This document shows positions 36,388 to 51,700 of a stretch of 64,000 nucleotides of DNA, in pieces. Under the pieces are notes generated by a model. It was not told the DNA's origin. It was given only the letters and a program-made list of their open reading frames with translations, and did no database searches. Source of the stretch: Phyllobates terribilis (Eukaryota); NCBI RefSeq assembly GCF_046119375.1, contig NW_027362767.1, positions 39,494,001 through 39,558,000 on the forward strand, written 5' to 3'. How positions within the stretch are numbered: position 1 is the first letter of the stretch; each line of letters begins with the position of its first letter. A program made the position numbers and the translations under genes.

Positions 36388-37939
36388 AGCTGATGGCAGA
36401 GGAGGCAAAATGTTTTAAAATCACAAGTATACAGTGAAACTACAGGACAAACTATTGTGAGGAAGAAGTCCTGCTGGACCTGCAAAGTGAGCAAATCCTC
36501 TTATAAAACCCGTGTTGCGACATTATTACTCCTGGCATGCTACATCGCTGCATGAAATCCTTGCTCTCTGACGTCACTGTGTAATACTCCCGCCTGACCA
36601 CGTCACCCAACGTGGCGCTGTTATAGGAGTCGCGGTTTTCTGTAATGTAATAATTATGGACGTTTCTCACTGACGATGCTGAAATTGGTTTCATATTCGC
36701 AGAATTTAGATTTTTTTTTTGTGTGATTTTTACAAGTTTAATTAGAAGCAGTAATGATCCCTATGATAAAACGTGAATAGTCTCACAAGCAGCTACCGAA
36801 GATATAAAAGTAGCGCCGAAACGTGTTAAATGCCTCGCATCAAATTTAGGTCTCTTAAGAGTGGCCTGAATGAGTTCTGGGCCATCTCAGCGCAGCCGGT
36901 ATGATGACGTCACTCAAGGCCGCCATCAGGGCATCACTGCCCTTACTGCTGTATGGGGCCCGGTGAACAGAAGCAAAGAGGGGGGTCACCTAGTCCGGGC
37001 CTCTCCCTCTTGTGCTTCTGCTCATCATGCCCCAGGGTATAATAATGCATCATGCTCTCTGCGCTGGGAGCTTTCCTGGAGCTCCACGGCTGTCAAAACA
37101 GAACGGGCGCGCAGCTCCAGGGGAGCTCCCTCCGCCTCTTCTGTGACGCGCTGGTGATGTCATCTCGTAGGCATGTACGCGCACCACTCGCCAGGATACC
37201 AGTCCAGAAGTGGAGCTGCAGGGGATCGTATGAGAGGTAAGTATGAAAAACTTTTTTTATATTTTTAAAGAAAATTAATTAAATCGGTGTGGTGGGAGCA
37301 AATGATGATGAATTGAGGGTGAGGGGGCGCAAATAATGATCAATTGGGTGTGGGGGAGAGCAAATGATGAATTGAGGGTGGGGGATTTGGAACATCAAAT
37401 GATGACTTGAGCGTGGGGGAGAGCAAATAAGTATGATGATGGTATTTGTTCCTTGTATGTGGTATTATATGGTCACTATGTGGTGGTAATATGTGGTCTG
37501 GTCATGGTGTGGTGGTATTTGTCGTTTGTATGCAGGTCTGTCATCTGTGCTTTACTGTCCTTACTTGCATATGGGGACTGGTGAGCAGAGGGGGGCCCAG
37601 ACCAGGCCCCCCTCTGCTCACCAGGCCCCAGGGGCAGGATCCTGCAGGTTCAGTAACTGAACATGCATCCTCGGACTCACGTTCAGTTAAAATCTATTTC
37701 TGTGCGGGAAGCCGCACGGAAATAATTAAAAGCCGCCAGCCAATCAGAAGCCGGCAGCTGACGTCGCGCGCACGTCACCGGCGTATGACGTCACTGTCAT
37801 GTGCCGATGTGTCCACGCTTCAAATGGATGAGGGAGAGCCGGAGCCTCTGGACTGCGGCCAGGTAAGGAGAAACTTTTTTTTTTTACTTTTTTTTTTGTA
37901 CTGAAAGAAGTGGCAAGCCGCAATATGGGAACAGTTGGG

Positions 37940-40900
37940 GCAGGATCATAGGGCCGGATGGAGAAAGAAGGGGCAGGATAGAGACACATGTGGCAGGATC
38001 ATGGGACACATGGGGCTAGATGGAGACAGATGGGTCAGGATCATGGGGTAGTATGGAGACAGATGGGGCAGGATCATGGAACACATGGGGCAGGATAATG
38101 GGACACATGGGGCAGGATGATGGGAAACATTGGGCAGGATGGAGACAGATGGGGCAGGATCATGGGACACATGGAGCAAGATAATGGGACACATGGGGCA
38201 GGATGATGGGAAACATTGGGCAGGATGGAGACTGATGGGGCAGGATCATGGGACACATGGGGCAAGATGGAGACAGATGGGGCAGGATCATGGGGTAGTA
38301 TGGAGACAGATGGGGCAGGATCATGGGGTAGTATGGAGACAGATGGGGCAGGATCATGGGGTAGTATGGAGACAGATGGGGCAGGATCATGGGGTAGTAT
38401 GGAGACAGATGGGGCAGGATCATGGGACACATGAGGCAAGATGGAGACAGATGGGGCAGGATGGGAGATCATATGGGGCAGGATGGAGACAGATGGGGCT
38501 GGATGGGAGATTATATGGGGCAGGATGGGAGATCATATTGGGCAGGATCGTGGGATACATAGGGCAGGATCATGGAACACATGGGGCAGGATGATGGAAC
38601 ACATGGGGCAGGATGATGGAACACATGGGGCAGGATCGTGGGACACATGGGGCAGGATCATGGAACACATAGGGCAGGATACTGGAACACATGGGGCAGG
38701 ATCATGGAACACATGGGGCAAGATCGTGGGACACATAGGGCAGGATCATGGAACACATGGGGCAGGATCGTGGGACACATGGGGCAGGATCATGGAACAC
38801 ATGGGGCAGGATGATGGAACACCTGGGGCAGGATGATGGGACACATGGGGCAGGATCATGGGACACATGGGGCAGGATGATGGAACACATGGGGCAGGAT
38901 GATGGAACACATGGGGCAGGATCGTGGGACACATAGGGCAGGATCATGGAACACATGGGGCATGATGATGGAACACATGGGGCAGGATGATGGAACACAT
39001 GGGGCAGGATCATGGGACACATGGGGCAGGATGATGGAACACATGGGGCGGGATCATGGGACACATAGGGCAGGATGATGGAACACATGGGGCAGGATCG
39101 TGGGACACATAGGGCAGGATCAGGGAACACATGGGGCAGGATGATGGAACACATGGGGCAGGATGATGGAACACATGGGGCAGGATCATGGGACACATGG
39201 GGCAGGATCATGGAACACATGGGGCAGGATCGTGGGACACATGGGGCAGGATCATGGGACACATAGGGCAGGATGATGGAGCACATGGGGCAGGATCATG
39301 GGACACATGGGGCAGGATCGTGGGACACATAAGGCAGGATCATGGAACACATGGGGCAGGATGATGGAACACATGGGGCAGGATGATGGGAAACATTGGG
39401 CAGGATGGAGACAGATGGGGCAGGATCATGGGACACATGGGGCAAGATAATGGGACACATGGGGCAGGATGATGGGAAACATTGGGCAGGATGGAGACTG
39501 ATGGGGCAGGATCATGGGACACATGGGGCAAGATGGAGACAGATGGGGCAGGATCATGGGGTAGTATGGAGACAGATGGGGCAGGATCATGGGGTAGTAT
39601 GGAGACAGATGGGGCAGGATCATGGGGTAGTATGGAGACAGATGAGGCAGGATCATGGGACACATGAGGCAAGATGGAGACAGATGGGGCAGGATGGGAG
39701 ATCATATGGGGCAGGATGGAGACAGATGGGGCTGGATGGGAGATTATATGGGGCAGGATGGGAGATCATATTGGGCAGGATCGTGGGATACATAGGGCAG
39801 GATCATGGAACACATGGGGCAGGATGATGGAACACATGGGGCAGGATGATGGAACACATGGGGCAGGATCGTGGGACACATGGGGCAGGATCATGGAACA
39901 CATAGGGCAGGATGCTGGAACACATGGGGCAGGATCATGGAACACATGGGGCAGGATCGTGGGACACATAGGGCAGGATCAGGGAACACATGGGGCAGGA
40001 TGATGGAACACATGGGGCAGGATCATGGGACACATGGGGCAGGATGATGGAACACATGGGACGGGATCATGGGACACATAGGGCAGGATGATGGAACACA
40101 TGGGGCAGGATCGTGGGACACATGGGGCAGGATCATGGAACACATGGGGCAGGATGATGGAACACCTGGGGCAGGATGATGGGACACATGGGGCAGGATC
40201 ATGGGACACATGGGGCAGGATGATGGAACACATGGGGCAGGATGATGGAACACATGGGGCAGGATCGTGGGACACATAGGGCAGATTCATGAACACATGG
40301 GGCATGATGATGGAACACATGGGGCAGGATGATGGAACACATGGGGCAGGATCATGGGACACATGGGGCAGGATGATGGAACACATGGGGCGGGATCATG
40401 GGACACATAGGGCAGGATGATGGAACACATGGGGCAGGATCGTGGGACACATAGGGCAGGATCAGGGAACACATGGGGCAGGATGATGGAACACATGGGG
40501 CAGGATGATGGAACACATGGGGCAGGATCATGGGACACATGGGGCAGGATGATGGAACACATGGGGCAGGATCGTGGGACACATAGGGCAAGATCATGGG
40601 ACACATGGGGCAGGATCATGGGACACATAGGGCAGGATGATGGAGCACATGGGGCAGGATCGTGGGACACATAAGGCAGGATCATGGAACACATGGGGCA
40701 GGATGATGGAACACATGGGGCAGGATCATGGAACACATGGGGCAAGATAATGGGACACATAGGGCAGGATGATGGAACACATGGGGCAGGATCGTGGGAC
40801 ACATAGGGCAGGATCATGGAACACATGGGGCAGGATCATGGGACACATAGGGCAGAATCATGGGACACATGGGGCAGGATGATGGGACACATGGGGCAGG

Positions 40901-41345
40901 ATCATGGAACACATGGGGCAAAATAATGGGGCACATGGGGCAGGATGATGGAACACATGGGGCAGGATGGTGGGACACATGGGGCAGGATGATGGAATAC
41001 ATGGGGCAGGATGATGGGACACATAGGGACACATAGGGCAGGATCATGGGACACATGGGGCAGGATGATGGGACACATGGGGCAGGATCATGGAACACAT
41101 GGGGCAAGATAATGGGGCACATGGGGCACGATAATGGGACACATAGGGTGAGATAATGGAACACATGTGGCAGGATGTAGACAGATTGGGCAGCATGGAG
41201 GCAGATGGGGCAGGATGGGAGATCATATGGAGTAGGATGGGAGATCATATGGAGTAGGATGGGAGTACATATTGGAGTAGGATGGGAGATCATATGGGGC
41301 AGGATGGGAGATCATATGGGGCCACGATGGGAAACCATATGGATG
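37940..41345. repeat. 22-bp minisatellite family (GGAACACATGGGGCAGGAT(C/G)AT and variants), about 150 units
   Basis: Directly visible; it accounts for all the MEHMGQDDG/CPMILPH ORFs in the track. Confidence 0.95.
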
Positions 41346-41907
41346 GGGCCAGGAATGAGACACAAGGGGGCCAGGATGGGGGATATTATTACTGTAGGGG
41401 CTAATTATGGATATTATTACTGCAGCAATGTATTTTATTTTTGAGGATACTGTTTTCAGTGAAGGGGGTCCTGTTATTGTGCAAGTTGGCACTATGTCGC
41501 TTTTTTTTTCTTCATCTGGTGTAGTGTAGAAGTTGAGGAGAAATTGGAGAATGTGCTCTAGATAATTGTGTTATTGTTTGCAGAGACGAGTCCTGGCTGG
41601 AAGAAGTGATGGCGGTCTGCACTGGATGAAGAAGAAAAGCGAAGATGAAGGACCTCAACTAGAGACGCCACTGGTGAGTCAGTGTGCTACCTGTACACTG
41701 ACACTATACACTGTATACTATGTACAGAGCTCCTGTGTATAATGTCACTGGTGTTCACTTTATTACCTATACACTATATACAGAGCTACTGTGTATAGTG
41801 TCAATGGTGATCCCTGTATTACCTGTACACGGACACTATGTGCAGCAGATCTTCTGTGTATAAAGTCACTGGTCATAACTGTATTGCCTATAACCTGACA
41901 CTATACA

Positions 41908-44756
41908 ATTGATTATACAATTCATTATGGAATTACTGGAATTCACGTTAACTCATAATTTTTTTGTGTTCAATGGGTCCTTCTACCTACAGCTCCAGGG
42001 GACGGCCATGGGGGCGGCCTTTGCCCCCTCCTATGCTAATCTCTTCCTGGGGCTGTGGGAGAGGGACCTCCCCCTGCCTGATCATGAGTCGTCGATGGGC
42101 CGTGTCCTCTTCTGGACGCGGTACATCGATGACATCTTTTTGATCTGGCAGGGACCACGCATCCACCTTGATACATTTATGCAAGACCTCAACAAAAACA
42201 TGTTGAACATACGCATTACATATGTATGTGATTCGGACAAAATTGAATTCCTAGATGTATGTCTGACAAGAGACAATGACAATGCCGTCCAAACTAATAT
42301 CTTTAGGAAATTGACATCAACCAATACTCTTCTCCATGCTTCTTCTGCTCACCCGTCACACATGATTCAATCTGTTCCGGTGGGGCAGTTTCTGCGGCTT
42401 CGCAGAGTCTGCTCCACTGAACAAGATTTTGAGGTACAGTCATTAGAGTTGAGGGAACGCCTCTATGAACGTGGATACAGTCATAGAATGGTGAAAAGAG
42501 CTTATAATCGAGCTAAACATTCCTCTAGACAGGATTTACTATATAAATCCCATGATAAGCAACAAAATGATATGGTGAGGTTTATCACAACATTCCATAC
42601 TCAGATACCAGCAGTTAGAAATGCTCTTGCTAAAGCATGGCCGGTCCTGAGAGCGGATCCGGTATTAGCTAAATATGTTTCCGTGGAGCCTACAATTACA
42701 TTTCGGCGTGCCAAAAATCTCCGTGACCATTTAGTCCATAGCCACTATGAGGGTGGTGCAATACACACATTTATGGACAAGGCAACAACTCACCAAGGTT
42801 GCACACCATGTGGCCGATGTGTTGCTTGTCCCCACGTAATTAGAAGCACCACATTTCTTGACTCTACAGGCAAGCGTTCTTTTGAGATTAAAAAATACAT
42901 CACATGTACATCACGCAATGTGGTATACTATGCCACATGCCCTTGTGGTCTTATTTACGTTGGGATGACCACACGTTGTTTAAAAACACGCATTAGAGAA
43001 CATGTATTAGGGATATTGGCAGCTGCGGAACAAAATGATATATCCATGCTAAAAACTATACCAAGACACTTTAAATCCTATCACGACTGTAATGCCAAAT
43101 TATTAGAGGTAAGGGGGATAGATATGGTGGTTGCAGGGATACGGGGTGGCCCGGTGTCTAAGAGACTTGCTTGCATTGAGACAAGGTGGATTTGGACCCT
43201 GAGAACATTATACCCTGATGGTCTTAATGAGAGCAATAGTTTTGCCCCGTTTTTGTAATTTAGTCCAGTTGGTACATCATTGCACCCATGCGATTAATGC
43301 ATGCAGTATATTTTTTATAGGTTGTCATGGTGTGATATTAATTTTATTTCTTTCAGCAGGTTTAATATGTTTCTCTGCTCTGGTTGAACGTATGGTCATT
43401 TATGAATCCGCGGCACAACATCCTTTTTGGAACAAAGAATGAGAATTCCATCCAAGGAATATACTAAGGGATTTCCTTTGAGAAGATATGAATCATGAAT
43501 AATATGATTATATACATGAGGGATTCTATTTGTAGTTCTACATTAATTTCTGGCTGTATAATCTTCATATAATGTATGATATATCCATCTATGGTGCTGA
43601 CCCATCCTGGGAGATATTATTGGCTAGTATTGTCCTATGTGGGAAGTTTCTAGATACTTCTGTGGCTGCAATTTATTGCCCCATATACTATTATAGTGAC
43701 CCAAATATATAAAAATTCTGCTCTGACTCGGCGATATATTCTATCTAAGTTTCAATATGTGCTTTGACCAATATTATGTAAAATGGTTCATGAATCACCT
43801 ACATGTATTTGGTTATGGTGGTGGTATATATATATATACCAGGGATATTTGTGAATGCCATGTTGGCGATGAGAATGATGTATGTCCCACACGTATATAT
43901 ATATGTATTTGTCGCCGATATATCATTATGGATTTATGCACATATCAATGCACTGTTGATGGAATCTATCTTCTCTAAGGGCAAATGGTTGAGATGTCTC
44001 TTGTTATCTTGGATGTTCTCTTTATCGTTGTGGGGCCGTGATGCCGCTTACAGTTATATGCCATATATACCTGTGACTCAGTACGCAGGAGCATCGCCGT
44101 CCTTACACGCCTGACTTCCTTTGGCATCCTTGGGTGGCCTTGTGCTGCCGCGATGCCGCCGGAGTCCGGTGTCCTAGTTACGGCGACGCATCCTGCGTCA
44201 CTTCCGGTGAGTCGCGGTGCATTACTGGGTAGCATCTTCCGTTCATATAGTAACACATACATATGATCCACCACTTCCGCTCGGGGCGTCTACGTTGCCC
44301 GGTTGGTTAGTATTTAAATGATCAGCAGCCGTACCAGAGCAGTCCCCTTGAGGAAGGCAAAAGCGCCGAAACGCGCGTCGGGGATACACGCATTGTGCAG
44401 GTTGTGCGGGCTCTGCCCTTCCCACTGAGGTAAATATGATTGATTACAATTGGATATGATGTGAGGGTAGGTGATAGGTTCACTTGAATAGGGGCATCTT
44501 GGATATATATAGATTGCTCTTTCTATATATCCACATATATCCTCTTTGCTATACAATGTTTTTTGTGCAATAGGAATTTGATAAAAGAGAAATCTGTACT
44601 TTGCGTGATACTTGCTTGTTTTTATATTTATGTATGTATTTTTTGCATTTAATAGTCTCTCCAGACTCTCTGTGGCTATATGTTTAATAAAGATTGTTTC
44701 ATATTTTCAATATAATAGGCTATATATCGTTGTTTTGTGCTTCGGCTCCCTCTTGA
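41908..44756 (+). mobile_element. 5'-truncated Penelope-like retroelement (RT C-terminal part + GIY-YIG endonuclease), copy 1
   Basis: Open 449-codon frame 41909-43258 without an ATG start, containing GTAMGAAFAPSYANLF, RYIDD, a Cys knuckle CTPCGRCVAC and a GIY-YIG-type VVYYATCPCGLIYVGMT...RIREH. It interrupts a host repeat, with ATACA at both junctions. Confidence 0.9.
44343..44383 (+). ncRNA. Minimal type I hammerhead ribozyme motif in the Penelope 3' region, copy 1
   Basis: TCCCC-TTGAGGA-A-GGC(AAAAGC)GCC-GAAAC-GCGC-GTC-GGGA: core with a C3U variant, 3-bp stem II, palindromic ACGCGCGT stem III and a GUC cleavage triplet ending at 44379. Confidence 0.75.
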
Positions 44757-44864
44757 ATACACTGTGTACTATGTACAGAGCTCCTGTGTATAATGGCACT
44801 TATGGTAATATTAGTATTGTGTTTTTTTTTATTAATGATCAGTATTGTAGTATTCAGTGGTAAT

Positions 44865-48065
<3,201 letters not shown>

Positions 48066-48725
48066 AAAAATGTATGTGACACATTAATTTAAAGAAAAAT
48101 AAATAAAAAAATACATAAAGTGTTGGATATTTTAAGAAATGTTTATTAGGTTAGAGTAGAGTAGGGCCCTGCCAAAAGAGTCTACCTTGTTGTGGTGGCA
48201 GCTTAAAAAATCTTTTGGCCAAAACAAAAACTGATGTATGCATGTGATATGGTTCGATGGGAACTGTTAATGTGTGATTGGTGATGATGTGGTGCAGAAG
48301 TGGAGTCTTTCCAAAAGTGGGCGGTGGGACTTTGGAAGGTTCGAGGGATGGAAGCGGAGCTGGGTTGGAGCCTGGCCGGAGTCTCAAGGGGGCCTGAAAA
48401 TGTTGCCAGTATGGGGCCCTGAAATTCCTGGTGGCAGCCCTGACGTCACTACAATGTGCTAGCGGTGCCGAGCAGTGCAGAGCTTCAGAACATTCACTGC
48501 CAAACCGGAGCAGTGAGGGAACAAGAAAAGGTGAGTATTTTTTTTTTTTATTGATGAGTACATTGAGGGAGCAATGTGGTGGGAGGCATTATACTGTGTG
48601 AAGGGCTATGTTGCAGCCATTATGCTGTGTGAGGGGGGCTGTGGGGGTTATCATGCTGTAAGGAGTCACTGTGGGGGCATTATGCTGTGTGTGGAGGCTG
48701 TGGGGGCATTATACTGTTTTGGAAT

Positions 48726-51700
48726 TAGTGATGAGCGAGCCCTAAAATGCTCGGGTGCTCGTTTCTCGGGTTGAGCAAATCGTAATGCTCGGGTGCATGA
48801 CCCGAGCAACGAGCCCAATGTAAGTCAATGGGAAACTCGAGCATTTTTCCGGCAGCCCCACCCGGAGGTCTGCAGGGGGCCTAAAAATTGCCTAAATCGA
48901 TGGGAACAGTGCTCAAATGGCATGGGAACAGCACAGGGAAGACCCCTGGAAGCATCTCTGACTTCCAGGTCACTGCTGTGAACAATGTTGTCAGAGTATT
49001 ACACCACTTTTATGGACTCACAAAAAAACATACAAAAACGACGCCAAAATGGATTTTCCTGGAAAAAAACATTAAGGAACATTCTTTCCAGAGTAATGAC
49101 TTGTGTATAAGGCAAAAAAAGAAAAAACACCAAAAAAATGCTCCTCCACACCTTAGGCTATGTTCACACGTAGCGTTTTTTATGCGTTTTTGCATTGCTT
49201 TCAGCGTTGAAAAATACATTCACCAGTAAATGTCATTTTAACATTTTACTACCTTATGTAGCGCCGGCGTCCCTGCCCTCTCCTAGGCAGGGACGCTGTT
49301 CCCCTCACCTCTCTGCTCCGTGCCCGGCGTCCTCCTCCCGCTCTGCTGGCAGCGCGCGCTCCTTCCCAGCGACTGTGCTTAGGGCGCGCGCGCTCTCCCT
49401 CCCTCTTAAAGGGGCCGCGCGCGCCGTCCTAAGGAGTCCCCGGCCAATGGCCGGAGGACTTCACCATATATAAGGCACCTCCTCCAAAATGGAGGTGCCC
49501 GAGCAATGTTGTTGCACTGTTCACTACTCTGCTTCAGCCCTCAGGTCCCGTTGCCAGTTACCTGCCAGATACCTGCCAGATTCCTGCCAGCTTGCTGTCT
49601 TATTCCTGCCTAATATTCTGCTACCTGCCTGCTAGCCTGAGGTCCGACGGTCTGCCTTACTACTCCTGTCAGTCTGTCTAAGGACCAGCTTGCCCGCTCA
49701 CCTGGGAGCGCACATCAACTACCTGCCTGCTTGCCTGAGGTCCGACGGTCTGCCTTCCAACTCTTGTCAGTCTGTCTATGGACCAGCTTGCCCGCTCACC
49801 TGGGAGCGCACATCTGCTACCTGCCTGCTAGCCTACCTGGAGGCTCTGCCGTCACGTGCTGTGACCACCTGCCTGTCCAGTGACTCCTGCCCGCTCACCT
49901 GGGAGCGCTCATCTGCTGCCTGTCTGCTAGCCTACCTGGAGGCTCTGCCGTCACGTGCTGTGACCACCCGCCTGTCCAGAGACTTCTGCCCGCTCACCTG
50001 GGAGCGCTCATCTGCCGCCTGTCTGTTGGTCTTCCTGGAGGCTCCGCCGTCACATGCTGTGACCACCCGTTTATCCAGAGACTCTCGCCTGCTCACCTGG
50101 GAGCTCACGTCTACCATCAGCCGCCACATGTCGTACCAACCCTTTACCCATAGACTGCCCCGGTCACTTGCCGTGACCATCTGCCCGTTCACCCAGAGAC
50201 TGCCCCGGTCACTTGCCGTGACCATCTGCCCGTTCACCCAGAGACTGCCCCGGTCACTTGCCGTGACCATCTGCCCGTTCATCCAGAGACTGCCCCGGTC
50301 ACTTGCCGTGACCATCTGCCCGTTCATCCAGAGACTGCCCCGGTCACTTGCCGTGACCTCCTGCCCGTTCTTCTAGAGACTGTCCCGGTCACCTGCTGTG
50401 ACTGCCTGCCTGGTCGCCACCCGCTCCCTTACAAGGACCGCCCCCTTGTATAGTAGCTCAGAGGTTCCGCCTCCCAGACCCGTTACACCTTACCTGTCCA
50501 TGTGGTGTGTGAGACATGATCAGACACATCCTGTTTCATTTATGAAGGAGGGACTCTGAAAGTCACAAAGCCTATTTTTACAAGGCCATCAGGCGGCCCT
50601 TACTATTGTTAAAGGGCCAACAGTCGGCCCTCACTATTGTTAGAGGGCCATCAGCTGGCTATGCTTTGTTGTTCCCATTATTAAAGAGTGGGTCTCCTAT
50701 ACTGTTATTGTATATGCAGTGATTGGAAGGGCTACCAAAACTTTTGATGCACCACAATACCCTTTTGAAGACACATAGAGGAGGGCCTCAGTAAAAGAAA
50801 TGTTCCCATTATAAAGGAGTGGGTCTCCTTTACTGTTATTGCACATGCAGTGACTGCAAGGGCTGCCAAAAAATTGGACGCACTCCAATACCCCTTTGGA
50901 GAGACATAGAGGAGGTCCTCATTAAAAAAATTGTTACCATTGTTAAGGAGTGGGTTTCTTATACTGGTAATGCCAGTACATTTACTACTGTTTACCCCTG
51001 GGGTTATATATGAACATAATGTATAACATACAGAATGTTAGAGGTGGGCCTCTAAAAAAAATTCCTACGGGCATCATAAACACCCTTAAAAAATGATGTG
51101 AGTGTTGCATCACGGTCACCCTGGTGATATGTTGGTGGAGGATGAGGAGAAGGAGGAGGACCACAGAAAATAGACAAAATCAGGAAGCGTATACCCATGT
51201 CTGGGTGTGAAGAGGTGCATTGGAATAGACCTCCCCAAAAAAAGCCACTGGATTTGAGTTTATATTCCGCTGTTATCATCCGGTGGTGATGAGAAATCTG
51301 GCCTAATCCAGCCCATTGTTCATTTTGATAAGAGTCAGCCTGTCAGCATTTTTAGTTGACAGGCAGATGGGCCCATCAGTTATAATGCCCCCGGCAGCAC
51401 TAAAAAACCCCTATGACAAAACGATAGCAGCAGGGCAGGCCAGGACCTCCAAGGAGTAGAGAGCCATTTCATTCGTGTCCAGCTTGGATACCCAATAGTT
51501 ATAAGGCACAGAGGAATCACGGAGGAAGTTGGTACGGTCGGCAAGGTACTCCCTTAGCATTGTCCAAAACTTTTCCCTCCTTGTCAGAGGAGCGCTGGGA
51601 GGGGCTGAGAAAACTCTTCCAGACCTTTGACAGCATTCCTCTGCCTCTGCTGGATCATATTCGAGTCTCTCTCGCTTGTACTCCTTGGTTGTCCAATGAA

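Noticed and set aside
37229-37242. ATGAGAG|GTAAGT as a possible first coding exon of MOK, the gene expected next from human synteny
   Set aside because: It lies inside the TIR/TSD-bounded element, and I found no kinase exons in the window.
37946-41293. Many ORFs of the MEHMGQDDG / CPMILPH type (also 55425-57059, 28833-29027, 32244-33284, 49690-50376)
   Set aside because: They are translations of tandem repeats open in several frames, with no independent coding signal.
41909-43258. 449-aa ORF as an autonomous or domesticated Penelope protein
   Set aside because: It starts at TTG at the insertion junction and lacks the RT N-terminal motifs, including the first catalytic Asp; its openness is best explained by recent insertion.
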